Source: Eledone cirrhosa (Eukaryota). Taken from it: a DNA stretch of 64,000 bases. A program made the translations under genes and the position numbers. Below the pieces are notes generated by a model. That model was not told the origin of the DNA, ran no database searches, and saw nothing but the letters and a program-made list of their open reading frames with translations. The stretch is from the NCBI GenBank assembly GCA_964016885.1, contig OZ024741.1, forward strand, positions 75,082,001-75,146,000, read 5' to 3'. Every line of letters starts with the position of its first letter. The first letter of the stretch is position 1. Of the stretch, positions 1 to 15,285 are shown piece after piece.

Positions 1-44
1 AAGATGCTTTATCTCCTGTTGCTTTTTATGATAGGACTGGGGAT

Positions 45-660
45 CATCATCATCATCATCATCAACGTTTAACGTCCGTGTTCCACGCTTGCATGGGTTT
101 GGACGGGGGTTTTCCCACTTGAGGCAAGAGTGATTGTGTTGCTCGCATAGGACTGTCTGGCGGGTTTTCTACAGTTGGATGCCCTTCCTAACACCAACCA
201 CATTTACAGTGTGGGGCTGGGAGGTTTTTACCGTGTTACCTACACGGCCACATTACAGCGTGGACTGTGTGTTTTTTGTCGTGACACCTACACGATCTCA
301 TTTGTTTCGGCCTGGATGGTGTGGCACCAACATAACTTTACATAGAAGGGGGCGGTGTGGATGGGGTGGGGGTGGTGGGATGGGGGTGTATTTTGTTAGA
401 GATGCCTACTGACTGTAGTAGGTTTTACTTTGTATTTAGGTAAGGTGGGTCTTCTCTATTACTGAGTACCGCCAAAGGTCTCGGTCCAGTGACATTGTCT
501 TGGAGAGGTGTAAGTGTGTGAGGTCGGAATTTATCAGCTCGTCCCAGGTTTTTCTGGGTCTGCCTATTCCGTGGCTACCGTCTATCTTTATTGCCCTGCA
601 CTTTGTTATACAGCTATCGTCTTTCATGCGCATCACGTGACCATACCAACGTAGCCTTCT
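45..660 (-). mobile_element. 5'-truncated RTE-clade LINE 3' end (ORF C-terminus, 3' UTR, (ATG)n tail)
   Basis: ORF 436..636 matches the C-terminus of the 33467..34687 RTE protein ([15 protein letters not shown]...). The 3' UTR and (CAT)n run are shared with copies at 30408, 32960, 42584, 48489 and 51194. Confidence 0.9.
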
Positions 661-922
661 CGTACTATTAAAACACTATAAGATGTAATGTAGGAGCTAA
701 ACCTGCATAGGTTTGAGCTAAACATTTTTATTTGCAGCATGTATATAAATAAAATGTGAATGTATGTTTGTGTACATCTGTGTGTGCATATGTATATTGG
801 TGAAAGATCTAAGCATTGATGTGAAAATAAATGGTAAGGTGGCACAAGCTAGTCATCCACACTGACAGTAATGTAACTTACCTATAATTGGTATTGCTTG
901 AAACCAGGGACCAATGAACTGC

Positions 923-1109
923 AAAATAAAATAAAATAAAATAAAATAAAATAAAATAAAATAAAATAAAATAAAATAAAATAAAATAAAATAAAATAAA
1001 ATAAAATAAAATAAAATAAAATAAAATAAAAATAAAATAAAATAAAATAAAATAAAATAAAATAAAATAAAATAAAATAAAATAAAATAAAATAAAATAA
1101 AATAAAATA
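923..1109. repeat. (AAAAT)n pentanucleotide microsatellite
   Basis: Directly visible. It explains the spurious FILFY ORF. Confidence 0.97.
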
Positions 1110-1119
1110 GATAGGTTTA

Positions 1120-1267
1120 GGCATGGCAGTTTGATTAAGGAGTTTGTTTCATAGGCATAGAATTTCCAGTTCAGACCTACTGCATGGTACCTTGGGCAAC
1201 TGTCATTTGTACTATAGCCTCAGGTTGATCAATGCCTTGTGAATGAAGTTTGGTGGGTGGAAACTGT
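1120..1267 (+). mobile_element. Degenerate tRNA-derived SINE with CORE-like segment
   Basis: Reads ggcatggc...ccttgggcaa...tatagcctcagg...gccttgtgaatgaa...ggaaactg. Related decayed copies lie at ~39170-39310, 53695-53850, 20735-20840(-) and 49175-49300(-). Confidence 0.6.
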
Positions 1268-1672
1268 ATTATATTCACAGGGGAAAAATAGAGATAAATA
1301 TATATGTTTATATGTTTTCACAAATAGCTTTATGCTTGAGTGCTGTCTTAGTGCTACCGTCAATTAAATCTATGTATATATTTAAATTTTTATTTTTTTT
1401 ATTTTATACATAATAAACAGCATAATATAATTATTCCATTACCAAAGGTTTCATGAAACTAGACCATCTTAACAGAAACGTCCAGCACGGCCATCTAATT
1501 GTGTTGTTTATTATGTAATCTAATCAAATAGCTCTGTACTATACACAGAGCACTCTTCTTTTCTTTACTTTTCTCCGGAAATACATATAAATATCGCTTT
1601 TTCTACCCGCTGAAATGCGATTCTCACTGAATTTATATTTATATATATATGTATATATTTATACATATATAT

Positions 1673-2057
1673 ATATTGTTATGCTTTGGGAGGGTCATGT
1701 TGCCAATAAGAAACACATGCACCAGTTGCTTTCACTCCAATTTATTATAAATTAAATTTATAAATTTAAAAATTTATCAATTTCCGGTTGGTTGATTGGT
1801 TCCATAACCGGACGGTTGTTCATATATTGTCAAAGTTCTTTTGTCACACATTCTGTGACCTCTTCAGTGACTGGGGATTCTTTTCTTGGTTTTTGTGCCT
1901 CTCCTTTGTTCTGTCCTACGGCATGAAGATGGCGTAGGACAGAACGTAGGACAAAGTCTGTTTCTTACTGGCAACATGACGCTCCCAAAGCATAACAATA
2001 TCGGTTTCAACACACGTTTTCAGATAAAGAATCTTGCTAAACAAATTCAGAAACGAC
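1673..2057 (-). mobile_element. Penelope-like terminal (pLTR) fragment with hammerhead motif and inverted repeat
   Basis: 42-bp inverted repeat (1673-1714 vs 1960-2001, 2 mismatches). Minus-strand hammerhead core at 1829-1871. The gggagggtca terminus is shared with the Penelope end at 3032. Flanked by (TA)n. Confidence 0.65.
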
Positions 2058-2101
2058 ATATATATATATTTATACATATATACATATATTTATACATATA
2101 T

Positions 2102-2181
<80 letters not shown>

Positions 2182-2214
2182 ACATACATATATTTATATA
2201 TATATATATATATA

Positions 2215-2956
2215 TTGAAAGGTGCAGCAGTATTCTCATAAACACTTTTGTCTTAGCTAGGTTCACTCTCAGTCCTCTTGTTTCCAACTGCTGTTTCCAT
2301 ACCCATTTATTCTCTAGCTCCTCTACTGATTCTGCTATAAGAACCAGATCGTCAGCATAGAGAAGTTCCCATGGACAGCCAGTCTTAAACTCCTCTGTTA
2401 TGGCTTGGAGGACAGAACCCTGATGTACTCCTACTTGTATCTGGAATTTCTCACTAAACTCCATTCCTACCCTAACTTTACTGACAGCGCCCCTGTACAA
2501 AGATTGCACTGTCCTCACAAGCCATTCCTCAACACCTAGTTTCCTTAGAGACCACCAGATGACAGATCGGGGTACCCTATCAAGGGCCTTCTCTAGGTTA
2601 ACAAAAGCTAAGTATAGTGGCTTATTGCTCTCTAAGAACCTCTCTTGTAATTGTCTCACCAAGAAGAGGGCATCTGTTGTACTTTCTTGAGGCACAAAAC
2701 CAAACTGCATCTCATCTAGTTTGACCCTTTATCTAATTAGTTGTGCTAATATCCTTTCTGCCACTTTCGTGACCTGATCCTTCAGTTTTATACCCCTATA
2801 ATTGCTCCTCTCCAGAGCATCCCCTTTATCTTTGTAGCAATTTATGAGAATACTGCTGCACCAGTCTTTGGGTATGACACCGCCATATATAGCTTAATTG
2901 ATGATGCGTGCAACCAGTTTAGTACCTACGTCCCCTGATGCCTTCAGCATCTCAGC

Positions 2957-2960
<4 letters not shown>
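2215..2960 (-). mobile_element. RTE LINE internal RT fragment between two (TA)n tracts
   Basis: ORF 2090..2710 has [26 protein letters not shown] and LLYADDL. Confidence 0.9.
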
Positions 2961-3014
<54 letters not shown>

Positions 3015-3029
3015 TTATAAATATATATA

Positions 3030-5772
<2,743 letters not shown>

Positions 5773-5928
5773 GTAATCTGAGTTTTTCGAATATTAATAA
5801 TAACATTTGATTCGTTTCCAACTATGCAAACAAGCCTCAATTTTATAGCCATGTCAGTAGCTACATTGTGTATTTTTGAAAATAGCATATATTTTCACCA
5901 GCTCTGACAGTTTGGCAGGTGAACAGTG

Positions 5929-5976
5929 AGCTGTACTGATGAAGGGTAATACCCAGAAACATTAGTGTCTGCAGTT
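5929..5976 (+). ncRNA. Type-I hammerhead ribozyme motif
   Basis: agctgta-CTGATGA-a-gggt(aat)accc-a-GAAAC-a(ttag)t-GTC-tgcagtt. Stems I (7 bp including GU), II and III all pair, and the cleavage triplet is GUC. There is an extra A on each side of stem II. Confidence 0.65.
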
Positions 5977-8900
5977 CTTTTTATGCAGCTGTCATCCTTC
6001 ATACGCATCACATGTCCATACCAACGCAACCGCCTCTCCTGCACACAGCATTTGATTCCTCTTATGCTCAGTCTCTCTCTCAATTCATTTATGCTTTGTC
6101 GTTCGCGTATATTACTGTTACACATCCATCGGAGCATGCAGGCTTCGTTTCTCTCTAATCTACGTAAGTCTTCCACCTCAGCGCCCAGGTCTCACTACCA
6201 TGCAACATCGCTGTTCGGATACACGCATCATACAGTCTGCCTTTCATTTTGAGGGAGAAGCCTTTTGCAGCTAGCAGTGGTAGTAGTTCCCTAAACTTCT
6301 TCCATCCCGTTCTTACCCTAGTTATTGTACTTTCTGAGCACCCACCTCCGCTGCTAATTCGGTCACCTAGGTAGCAGAAGCTGTCTACTATTTCTACACA
6401 GCCCACCCTGAGATTGGTGGTACTTGTTTCCTGTGGCTGTTTGCTGCTTGCTGTCCCAGCACAGCTGCTGCATGTGAAGCCTACATTCTTAATTAAGCTT
6501 CCTGAGATCCCGCTACATCTCTTGTGTACCCATTGTTTGCATTTGGGGCAGAGAATGGAGTTCCTACCTACACCTTTCCTACATACTGAGCAAGGCCATT
6601 TCCTGAGGGGATCTGGGTTCTGTTTTCTCGTCTACTTACAAGGACCTTAGTCTTTGTCATGTTGACTTTGAGACCCTTTCTTTCTAGTCATGGCTTCCAA
6701 GTTTGGAATTTCTTCTCTAGTTCTACCATAGATTCAGCTATAAGTGCGAGGTCATCAGCATACAGGAGTTCCCATGGGCATCCGGTCTTAAACTCCTCCG
6801 TTATTGCCTGCAGGACTATGATGAACAGGAGGGGGCTAAGAACAGAGCCCTAGTGGACCACAACCTGTACGCTAAATTCCTCGCTATACTCATTGCTAAT
6901 CCTAACTTTGCTGACTGCTCCCCTATACATGGCTTGTACCGCTTTCACAAGCCATTCATCTACTCCTAGTTTTCTAAGAGCCCACCAGATTACAGCACGT
7001 GGAACTCTGTCAAAGGCTTTCTCAAGATCGACAAATCCTGGTAGAGTGGCTTACTTTTAGCTAGGTACTTTTCCTGTAACTGCCTGACAAGGGAGAGGGC
7101 ATCAGTGGTGCCTCTTCCTGGTACAAACCCAAATTGGATCTCGTCTAGTTTCACCCGGTCCCTAATCAACTGTGCTATAACTCTTTCTGTTACTTTCATG
7201 ACCTGGTCCATCAGCATTATACCTCTATAGTTTCCTCTATCTAGTGTATCACCTTTACCTTTGTAGCAGTTGACAATGATGCTACTGCACCAATCTTTTG
7301 GTATGACACCTTCTAGTATTACCTGGTTAACAATACGTGTGGTTATAGTGTGACCTACAGACCCAGATGCCTTCAATATCTCGGCAGCTATACCCGATGG
7401 ACCGGTTGCCTTCCCCACCTTCATATCTTTGATTGCCTTATTTACTACGCTGCTGCTGACTTGTACTGCTGGCCCCTCTATAGGGTCTACTTGGGGTAGG
7501 GTCTCTTCTTCCCATGCATTCTCCTCATTTAGTAATCTATCATACTCATTTAGTAATCTATCATGACTCTTCCATGCATCTTTCTTCTCAGCACTTGTGA
7601 GGGCAAGCTCACCTTTATCATTCCGGATACACTTCTCTCCAATGACATCACAATTCTCTCTGACACACTGCCTCGCAATCTTGAACACCTCCTGTTTCTG
7701 GTCCTCACGTTGCAAAACATGCTTGAATTTTCTATCCTCTGCTTACCTCCTAGCTAAGTATACTTGTCGCCTAGCTTCCCTCTTGGTCTCTATGTAATGT
7801 ACCCTGCTCCCCCCGTTCTTCCATTCTTTCCATGCCTGTCTCTTGGCCTTAACTGCCTCATCTACCTTATTGTTCCACCATCAAGTCACTCTCCTCCTGC
7901 TTGTGGTCTTACTCCAGCCACAAACCTCATCCGTCGCCTCTAGTAAGTTATTTTTTAGGAACTCCCAGTTCTCTTCTACATTGAATGTCTTTATCTGTTC
8001 TTCTTTACTGTCGTAGGCATTGAGTAAAATATCTTTAAATCTGTTACTGGTTGAGGGGTCTTTCAGCTTCCAGATCTTTCTTCTCCAGGTTGGCCTGTTT
8101 CCAGGTTCATCTAGTTCTGACTGTGAGGTCGCTGACAACTAAGCTATGTTGGGATGTACATTCCTCACTAGGGAAGGCTTTTCTGTTTATGACCGTCCAT
8201 CTGTCACGTCCTCTGATGAGGATACAATCTATCTGACTAGAATGCTCTCCTGATCTATAGGTGATCAGGTGGTTGTCGGGTTTTTTGAAGTTTGTGTTAC
8301 ATATCGACATTTCATTGGCCTCACAGAATTCTAGAAGTCTGAATCCTTCCTCATTTCTTGTGCCAATCCCATGGCTTCCATGGACTCTATTGAAGCCGTC
8401 GCAGTGTTTACCTACGTGTCCGTTAAAATCTCCTGCGATTATTAGGAAGTCATTGTCGTTTGTTAGAGCAGTAGTATGCATTAGGGACTCGTAAAACCTA
8501 TCCTTAAGTTCGTCTGGCAACCCCGATTGGGGTGCGTAAGCTGATATTATTGTGGTAATTGTTTTATTCAGGACTAGTCTGAGTTTAATGATTCTTGCAG
8601 TTCCCCTGTACACTGATATTACTTTATCTACCCACTTGTCAGCTAGTAGTATACCTACACCACCCATCCCATCGTCATTTTCCACCCAGAAAAATTTGTA
8701 GCACCGACTTTTTCCTACAAGGACTCTAGCAGACTCTCCCCTCCATCTAGTCTCTTGCACACAGCATACATCAATTTCCTTTCGCTCTAGCATTTCTACG
8801 ATTTCTCCTGCTTTTCCTTTCATTGTGCTTACATTGATGGTACCAACTCGGAGTTTTGGGCATTTGTCGACCCTCGTAGGGAAGGGTCTCTGGATTGGCG

Positions 8901-9790
8901 CTTCACATGGGTGCTTGGTAGCTCGCGAATTCATATTTCATCTATTAATTCAGAGTTGCTCAAATTTATTCTCAGCTCATCCATCCATAACGGTAGGAAA
9001 ATTCAGGGCTAGAAGAACAGTGGTGGTGGAATAATGGCAGGGTGTGTTGGGCTGGGACAGGGGAGGAGAGAGTTAGTTAGGTAGTAGTAGCAGAAGAAAT
9101 GGCATGCTGAGGTTTGATTGGTCGAATAGGCTATGGTGGTGGGAGGGAAATTGTGAGGTAGAGAGAGGGTCGCCGTCAAGATGGATGACTGGAACGAAGC
9201 TAAATCAACTCTAGTGATTCCTTTTAGCCTTTCATAATACAGTGTCTTATCTCTTCAATAGCTTCAAGATGAGTGAGGTGGAAAGGGTGAAGAGGGAACG
9301 GGCGGTAATGGGTGGCTTAGAGATAGATAGAGAGAGGGTAGCCATCATAGAGAGAGGGTCGCCGCATGGCAAAGTAGCCGATAGAATACATCAACAATAA
9401 TATTAATAATTGTTTCTACTTTTGGCACAAGGCCAGCAATTAATCCAGTGTATTACTGGTACTTTATTTTATCGACCCCGTAAGGATGAAAGGCAAAGTC
9501 AACCTCGGCGCGATTTGAACTCAGTCCGTAAAGGGACGTAACTGTGCTGAAAAGCATGGCGTCCGACCCTCTACCGATACTGCCAATCCATCGCCCTAAC
9601 AATAATATTAATAATAATAGCCAGTCATGGCCTGTAGCCTTTGATGGAAAAATAGACAGAGACAGAGTCAGCATGGTAGGAGAATAACAAAGTAAATGTG
9701 TTGTGGTAGCTGAGATACCTTCATAAAATTTGTATGTATGGATGGATGACTGGAACGAAGCTAAATCAACTCTAGTAATTCATTTTTGAT
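5977..9790 (-). mobile_element. Near full-length but decayed RTE LINE (APE endonuclease + RT + PHD-like finger), 3' end missing
   Basis: ORF 8107..8934 encodes an APE (GTINVSTM, CVQETRW, SAYAPQ, AGDFNGH, SQIDCIL, SQH). RT pieces are at 6990..7715, 6155..6406 and 5895..6176, with stops and frameshifts. Putative 5' region 8935-9790 is interrupted by a SINE; its 5' boundary is approximate. Confidence 0.9.
9411..9597 (-). mobile_element. tRNA-derived SINE (family A, ATT tail) with 18-bp TSD
   Basis: A-box-like tggcagtatcgg and B-box gagttcaaatc on the minus strand. TSD aacaataatattaataat at 9393-9410 and 9598-9615. Confidence 0.9.
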
Positions 9791-9822
<32 letters not shown>

Positions 9823-10019
9823 TATATATATACACATGCATATATATGTATGTATATATAAATATATATACATACATACATTTACATATAAAATTAAAAC
9901 TATGTATGCCTCAAACCAAGCAAACACCAACCACAATCCAATAATCAATCCTACTCTACACACCATACTGCATTAGCTTTAAATTAAATTCTTCAAAACA
10001 ATACTCCAGCCTTCTCAGT

Positions 10020-10740
10020 AAAATGAAAACCAGCCTGCATCAATTATTGTCTTTTTGATTCTTTCTTTCTTGACACATTTTAACTACATGCCCATAATAT
10101 CGGACCTGTGATCTCTCAATTTGGAGATGTAGCAGCTCTACTGGAAGCAACTCTCTGATCTCTGAGCTACACACTCTATTGAGTAATATTATTTCATAGA
10201 CTCTGAAAGAACCCCATTTCAATTGCTTGTATTCCTGATCATATTCTTATGGTCATTACCCAAGTTTCATGACCATATGTAAGGGTTGGCACAAATATCG
10301 AATTGAAGATAACGAGTTTGGCTTTTACACCTTTTGATTGATGAATGCTGAAGCTGGGACACTACTGCATCAACTCCTGCAATTCTTGCACTTAACTCAG
10401 CCTCCTGCCTTCCTTCACCCATGAACACAGCCCCGAGATACATGAATTTTCCCACCTGCTTCAGTGGAACTCCATTCACATGTAGAGTACACTGTACAGT
10501 CTTCATTGAGAGGAAAAATCTCAGCACTGATTTTCATTTCAGTCATGCAGCTCTCAGCATCAAACCTATCAAGTGCAAATAGGAGATCACCTTCTGTCAA
10601 GTTAAGCAATACCATGTCATCTACATATTCCAGTCGACTGATTTTCCACCTGCCAGATGCGATACCAGTTCCAACCCGGCTGTGCATGTCAATCCTATCC
10701 ATGAAGATTATGAACAGGATATGCTTGATATGCTTGCTTA
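10020..10740 (-). mobile_element. Old RTE-clade LINE fragment (second family)
   Basis: Motifs RLEYVDDMVLL, KFMYLG and IERSQVRYYGHV. A related plus-strand 3' fragment lies at ~22760-23260. Confidence 0.75.
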
Positions 10741-10841
10741 CCCCCCCCCCCCCCAAAAAAAAAGACACTGTTCCAGCATGGCTGCAGTTTAATCACTAAA
10801 AGATTAAAAGAATAGGTAACAGAAAGCTGTCATTAATATAA

Positions 10842-11230
10842 TAATAATTATTTCTACTTTTGGCTCAAGGGGAGCAATAAACTTTATTTTATCGACCCCG
10901 TAAGGATGAAAGGCAAAGTTAACCGTGACGGGATTTGAATTCAGACCGTAAAGGGCTGTAACTCTATGCTGCAAAGCATGGCGTCCAACTCTCTACTGAT
11001 ACTGCCAATCCACTGCCCTCATGCCAATCCATGGCCCATAATATAATAATAATTGTTTCTACTTTTGGCACAAGACCAGCAATTATCCAGTGCATTACTG
11101 GTACTTTATTTTATCGACCCCGTAAGGATGAAAGGCAAAGTTAACCTCGGTGGGATTTGATCTCAGAATGGCAAGGACCATAACTCTATGCGTCAAAACA
11201 TGGTGGCCGACCCTCTACCGATACTGCCAA
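10842..11230 (-). mobile_element. Two tandem family-A SINE copies
   Basis: Both contain actttattttatcgaccccgtaaggatgaaaggcaaagtt, with AAT-rich flanks. Confidence 0.85.
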
Positions 11231-13069
11231 AATAATAATAGATAGTTGGTAGCAGCAGCATCATGTTTTATTAATCCATCATGGCTAATATTCTATCTAT
11301 TGCCATTCACAAAGTGGATCTCATATTTTCCTCTTGTCCCCACAAAGTGGATATTCTTTACAGATTTTTTATATCGGATTCCTTTCACTAACAACATAAT
11401 TTGTATTACATACTTCTCATGATTAACTATCAGAAGACTTGTTTTGTTTTTATTCTCCTCAAATCTCTTCTCCAAATCTATTTACAGTATTTATTCATCT
11501 TAAGCTTATTTACATCTGTTTATGACATGGCATTTCGCCAAATTCTCTCTTTCTAAAATGTTCTTTTATTTCTGCCTTCTAAAATGTTCCTTCTATCTCT
11601 ATTATCTTAGTTGGCATCAGACACTACATACAACAAGTTAGTAGAGTAAATATTCTCCATTATTTGTAAATATAAGGCTATCTTCTTTCTTACTTTAAAA
11701 GCATCGTTACCTCATCTCCCATTCCTCTATATGTAACTTACATGTTTGTTCAATCAACATGAAAATTTAGTGTTATTATTTTTGTCACACTTCAAGATGA
11801 ATGAATTGGTGCAATCGGTAGAGCATCAGACAAAATGCATTGTAATATTTTGGAAAATAATAATGATGAGTTGAAGATGTACCTGTTATTTTTCTATATA
11901 TATGCAAATTTTCAGTACATAATGAAAAGAAATTAGTTTATACAAAATAGATTATAGATTATATGTTTTTTTAATGGGAGGTTTGCAAAAATAATCATGG
12001 TTATCTAGTTGCTTTTTGTATGGAATGGTCTCAGTTATTCGGTAGCTTTTCAAAGTTTCATTTTCAAAGTTGAATTTGGTATTGTGTACTTTTTCGTATG
12101 TGTCATTATGTGCTGCTTACATATTTTCTCAGACAAGGGATGTAGCTGGTTAATCCATGCAGCCACTTATATTGTCATAACAATGGACACAACTCTGGTT
12201 TCAATATGAATGGGGTTTAGTATCATATGTTAGCTGAAGTACAGAACAACAATGTATCAGCAAGGAAATATATTTTATAACTCAATACAAACCAATATTA
12301 AACCTGCAGCAACAGTGTAGTGTCAGTTATATAATTAGAAATTATATAATATTCTCTACTTTGGTACTGAGCACTTTTCTCTTGTTTACAAACCCAAATG
12401 TAGAGATATGTTTGCACACACATACTCACACACACATACACACACAATGGGCTCTTTTGTGATAAATGCCTAACTAAAATTATGATTATGAATGCTTTTA
12501 TATTTAATTTCGTACAGAATTAAACTATGTTAGTGAACACTTTCCATACAAAAATAGTGAATTAAAAATTAAGATTACAAAAGGTCTTTTTGATTCACCC
12601 ATTCAAATTCTGTATGTGGATGTTTTAGTCTGTTACATGTCTAGCTTTTATATTCATTTGGTTTCACTATACAGGTGGTGATATTTATTTTATGCCCCTT
12701 AATAATTTGATGATTTATATAAGTTCACACTTTTCTGTTAATAATATAAATTAAGACAAAACATGGAAACAAAATTATAACTCAAAAGCAAATATTTTCT
12801 TTCTCTTTATTTATTCTTGTATTTACTGTACAAGCATTGCATTATTTTTATTATATACATTTAATTTTATTCATAATTTGTGTTTTATAAATTTTAAGAA
12901 GGATGTGCTAGATGTAAATTTTCAGTATTGTTTGAGGTTTTGGACTGATTTGTTTGTAAATTGTTTATATTTTAATTGATGTGGCAGTGAACTTTAATGG
13001 TAACAACCGAGTTTCTGGAATCAATTAGATTTTTTTACCTAAGGGTCCACTGCATATCATCATCTACCA

Positions 13070-14338
13070 CATCATCATCGTTTAATGTCAATTTTCCATG
13101 CAGTGTATGGGTTAGACAGGTTGTCATGAAATGATTCAAGTCAGATCAGGTGACCACATCTTGCTCATCGGATCTGTATTTTGGCTTTGTTTCTATGGCT
13201 GGATATCCTTCCTAACACTTCCCATGTTATAGTGTGGACTGGGTACTTTTTATTGTGGAACCAGACCACCATTCAGGGTGAACTTGGTTTTTTATTTGTA
13301 TGCATGGTTTGGCAGCAGAGGTGTATCAGGTAAGTTCAACATGGGTGAGGTGTATGAGTCATTTAGCTGGTGTAGGGTTAAGAGCAGAAGATTAGTGCAG
13401 TCTAGTGTCTTCTACAAGTTTGTTTTATCCTGTGCACATGGGAAGGTGGGTCTTTTGCAGTACAGCATAATACCAGAGATCTCAATCCAGTGTCATTTCC
13501 TTTGTGAGGTTTAATTGGGCTTTTATCACTTCATCCCAAACTTTTCTAGTTCTTCTTTTTCCATAATTTCCATCAACTCTGAGCTCCGTGCACCTTTTCA
13601 CACAGCTGTCACTCTCCATATGCATCACATGTCCCAACCATCGCAGTTTCCTCTCCTGCACACTGTATCTGACACCTCTTAAGCCTAAATTCTTGGTTCA
13701 CTGACGCTTCACCATTCATGCACAATTCTATTACACATCCATCGAAGCAGGCAATCTTAATTTCTTTCCAAACTTTGTAGTTCCTCTGTACACAGTGCCT
13801 AGGTCTCACTTCCATGCAGCATTGCTGTTTATACATAAGCCACATACAATCTGCCTTTCATTTTGAAGGGAAACCCTTTGCAGCGGTAGTAGCTCACTGA
13901 ACCTTTTACCAATCCATTCTCATTCAGGCTACTATGCTTTCAGAACACCCACCTCTACTGCTAATTCAGTCATCCAGTTAACAGAAGCTATCAACTACTT
14001 CTACAGAACCTTCTGAACATTTAAAAGAGCTTGTTTCCTGTGAGATCTTGCTGCTTACTGCTCCTGTACATCAACCACATACAAAACCTATGTTCTTTGC
14101 TAGCCTGCCTAAGATCCCACTGCCTAAGATCTTATGTAGTCATAATTTGCATTTGGAACATAGGATGGAATTCTACTACTCTTTTTCTGCACACTGAGCA
14201 AGGCCATTTCCCAGAAGGGATATGGACCCTGTTTTCGTTTCTATTTACTCGAGCTTTAGTCTTTGCTAATTTGACTTTAAGATCTTTTGATTCCAAGCTA
14301 TGCTTTCGGATCAGAATTTTTTTCTCTAATTCTATCAT
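13070..14338 (-). mobile_element. Decayed 5'-truncated RTE LINE
   Basis: LESKDLKVKLAKTK...[12 protein letters not shown], plus 3' UTR motifs and a (CAT)n tail at ~13070. Confidence 0.85.
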
Positions 14339-14656
14339 ATATGTATGGATATATGGCATTCGTTGGTTAAAAGGGACAAAGGAGTTTATTTGCCCAAAAT
14401 CTTTGCACACACACAAAAAAGGAAAGAAATTCACTGGATACTGGAACCTTTACCTAAAATATTAAAATGATATTTCAGTTTCTAAATATCAAGCAGCACG
14501 TGTTAAGTTATATGTAGGTGCCTGCAGTTTATCTGATAACAAGTTGCCTGTATGAAACATTATCTGTGTTCAAGAGGAGGTGCTGACAGCTACTGAAATA
14601 TAATCAGTTAGCATTTTAATGAGCAAACAGCAGCTTTTAGAAAGTATAAAGGCAAT

Positions 14657-14968
<312 letters not shown>

Positions 14969-15200
14969 TTGGTCGTCAAGTATGAAATTTGTAGAAATTT
15001 ATAGAAAAAAAACAAATTTCTACAAATTTCATACTTGACCCAAAATATATATCGAGGGAGTGTAACGTGAAGTTACTGTAGGTTCACCCAGGTGAGCACT
15101 CAATGCTTAGGTTCACGTCAGTGGCAAGGTGTAGAGCTAAATAGAGTGTAATATAATAATACAAGGACGATTTGTTAAGCCTTCATTACGTTTATTGATT

Positions 15201-15285
15201 GATGACGCGCGTTTCGCTATTGATCAGCTCAAGGTTTGATCTGTATTGATCGGGCCCGACTCTGGAATCAAAAGCTCATCAGACC
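15201..15285 (-). ncRNA. Hammerhead ribozyme motif with long stem-II loop (probably PLE-derived)
   Basis: Minus strand reads ggt-CTGATGA-gct...(~55 nt)...agc-GAAAC-gcgc-GTC-atc, with a palindromic stem III. Confidence 0.6.

Noticed and set aside
134-412. Recurrent plus-strand ORF '...WMPFLTPTTFTV...' (also at 30488, 32910, 42545, 48540, 51287)
   Set aside because: It is the antisense reading of the RTE 3' UTR. Frames and stops are not conserved between copies.
882-1124. ORFs of FILFY, YIYI, HTHT, CVCV, ERER and LSLS repeats throughout the window
   Set aside because: They are translations of microsatellites, not genes.
12132-12300. Possible terminal exon after ttctcag (TRDVAG*)
   Set aside because: Only six codons, with no supporting upstream exons identifiable.
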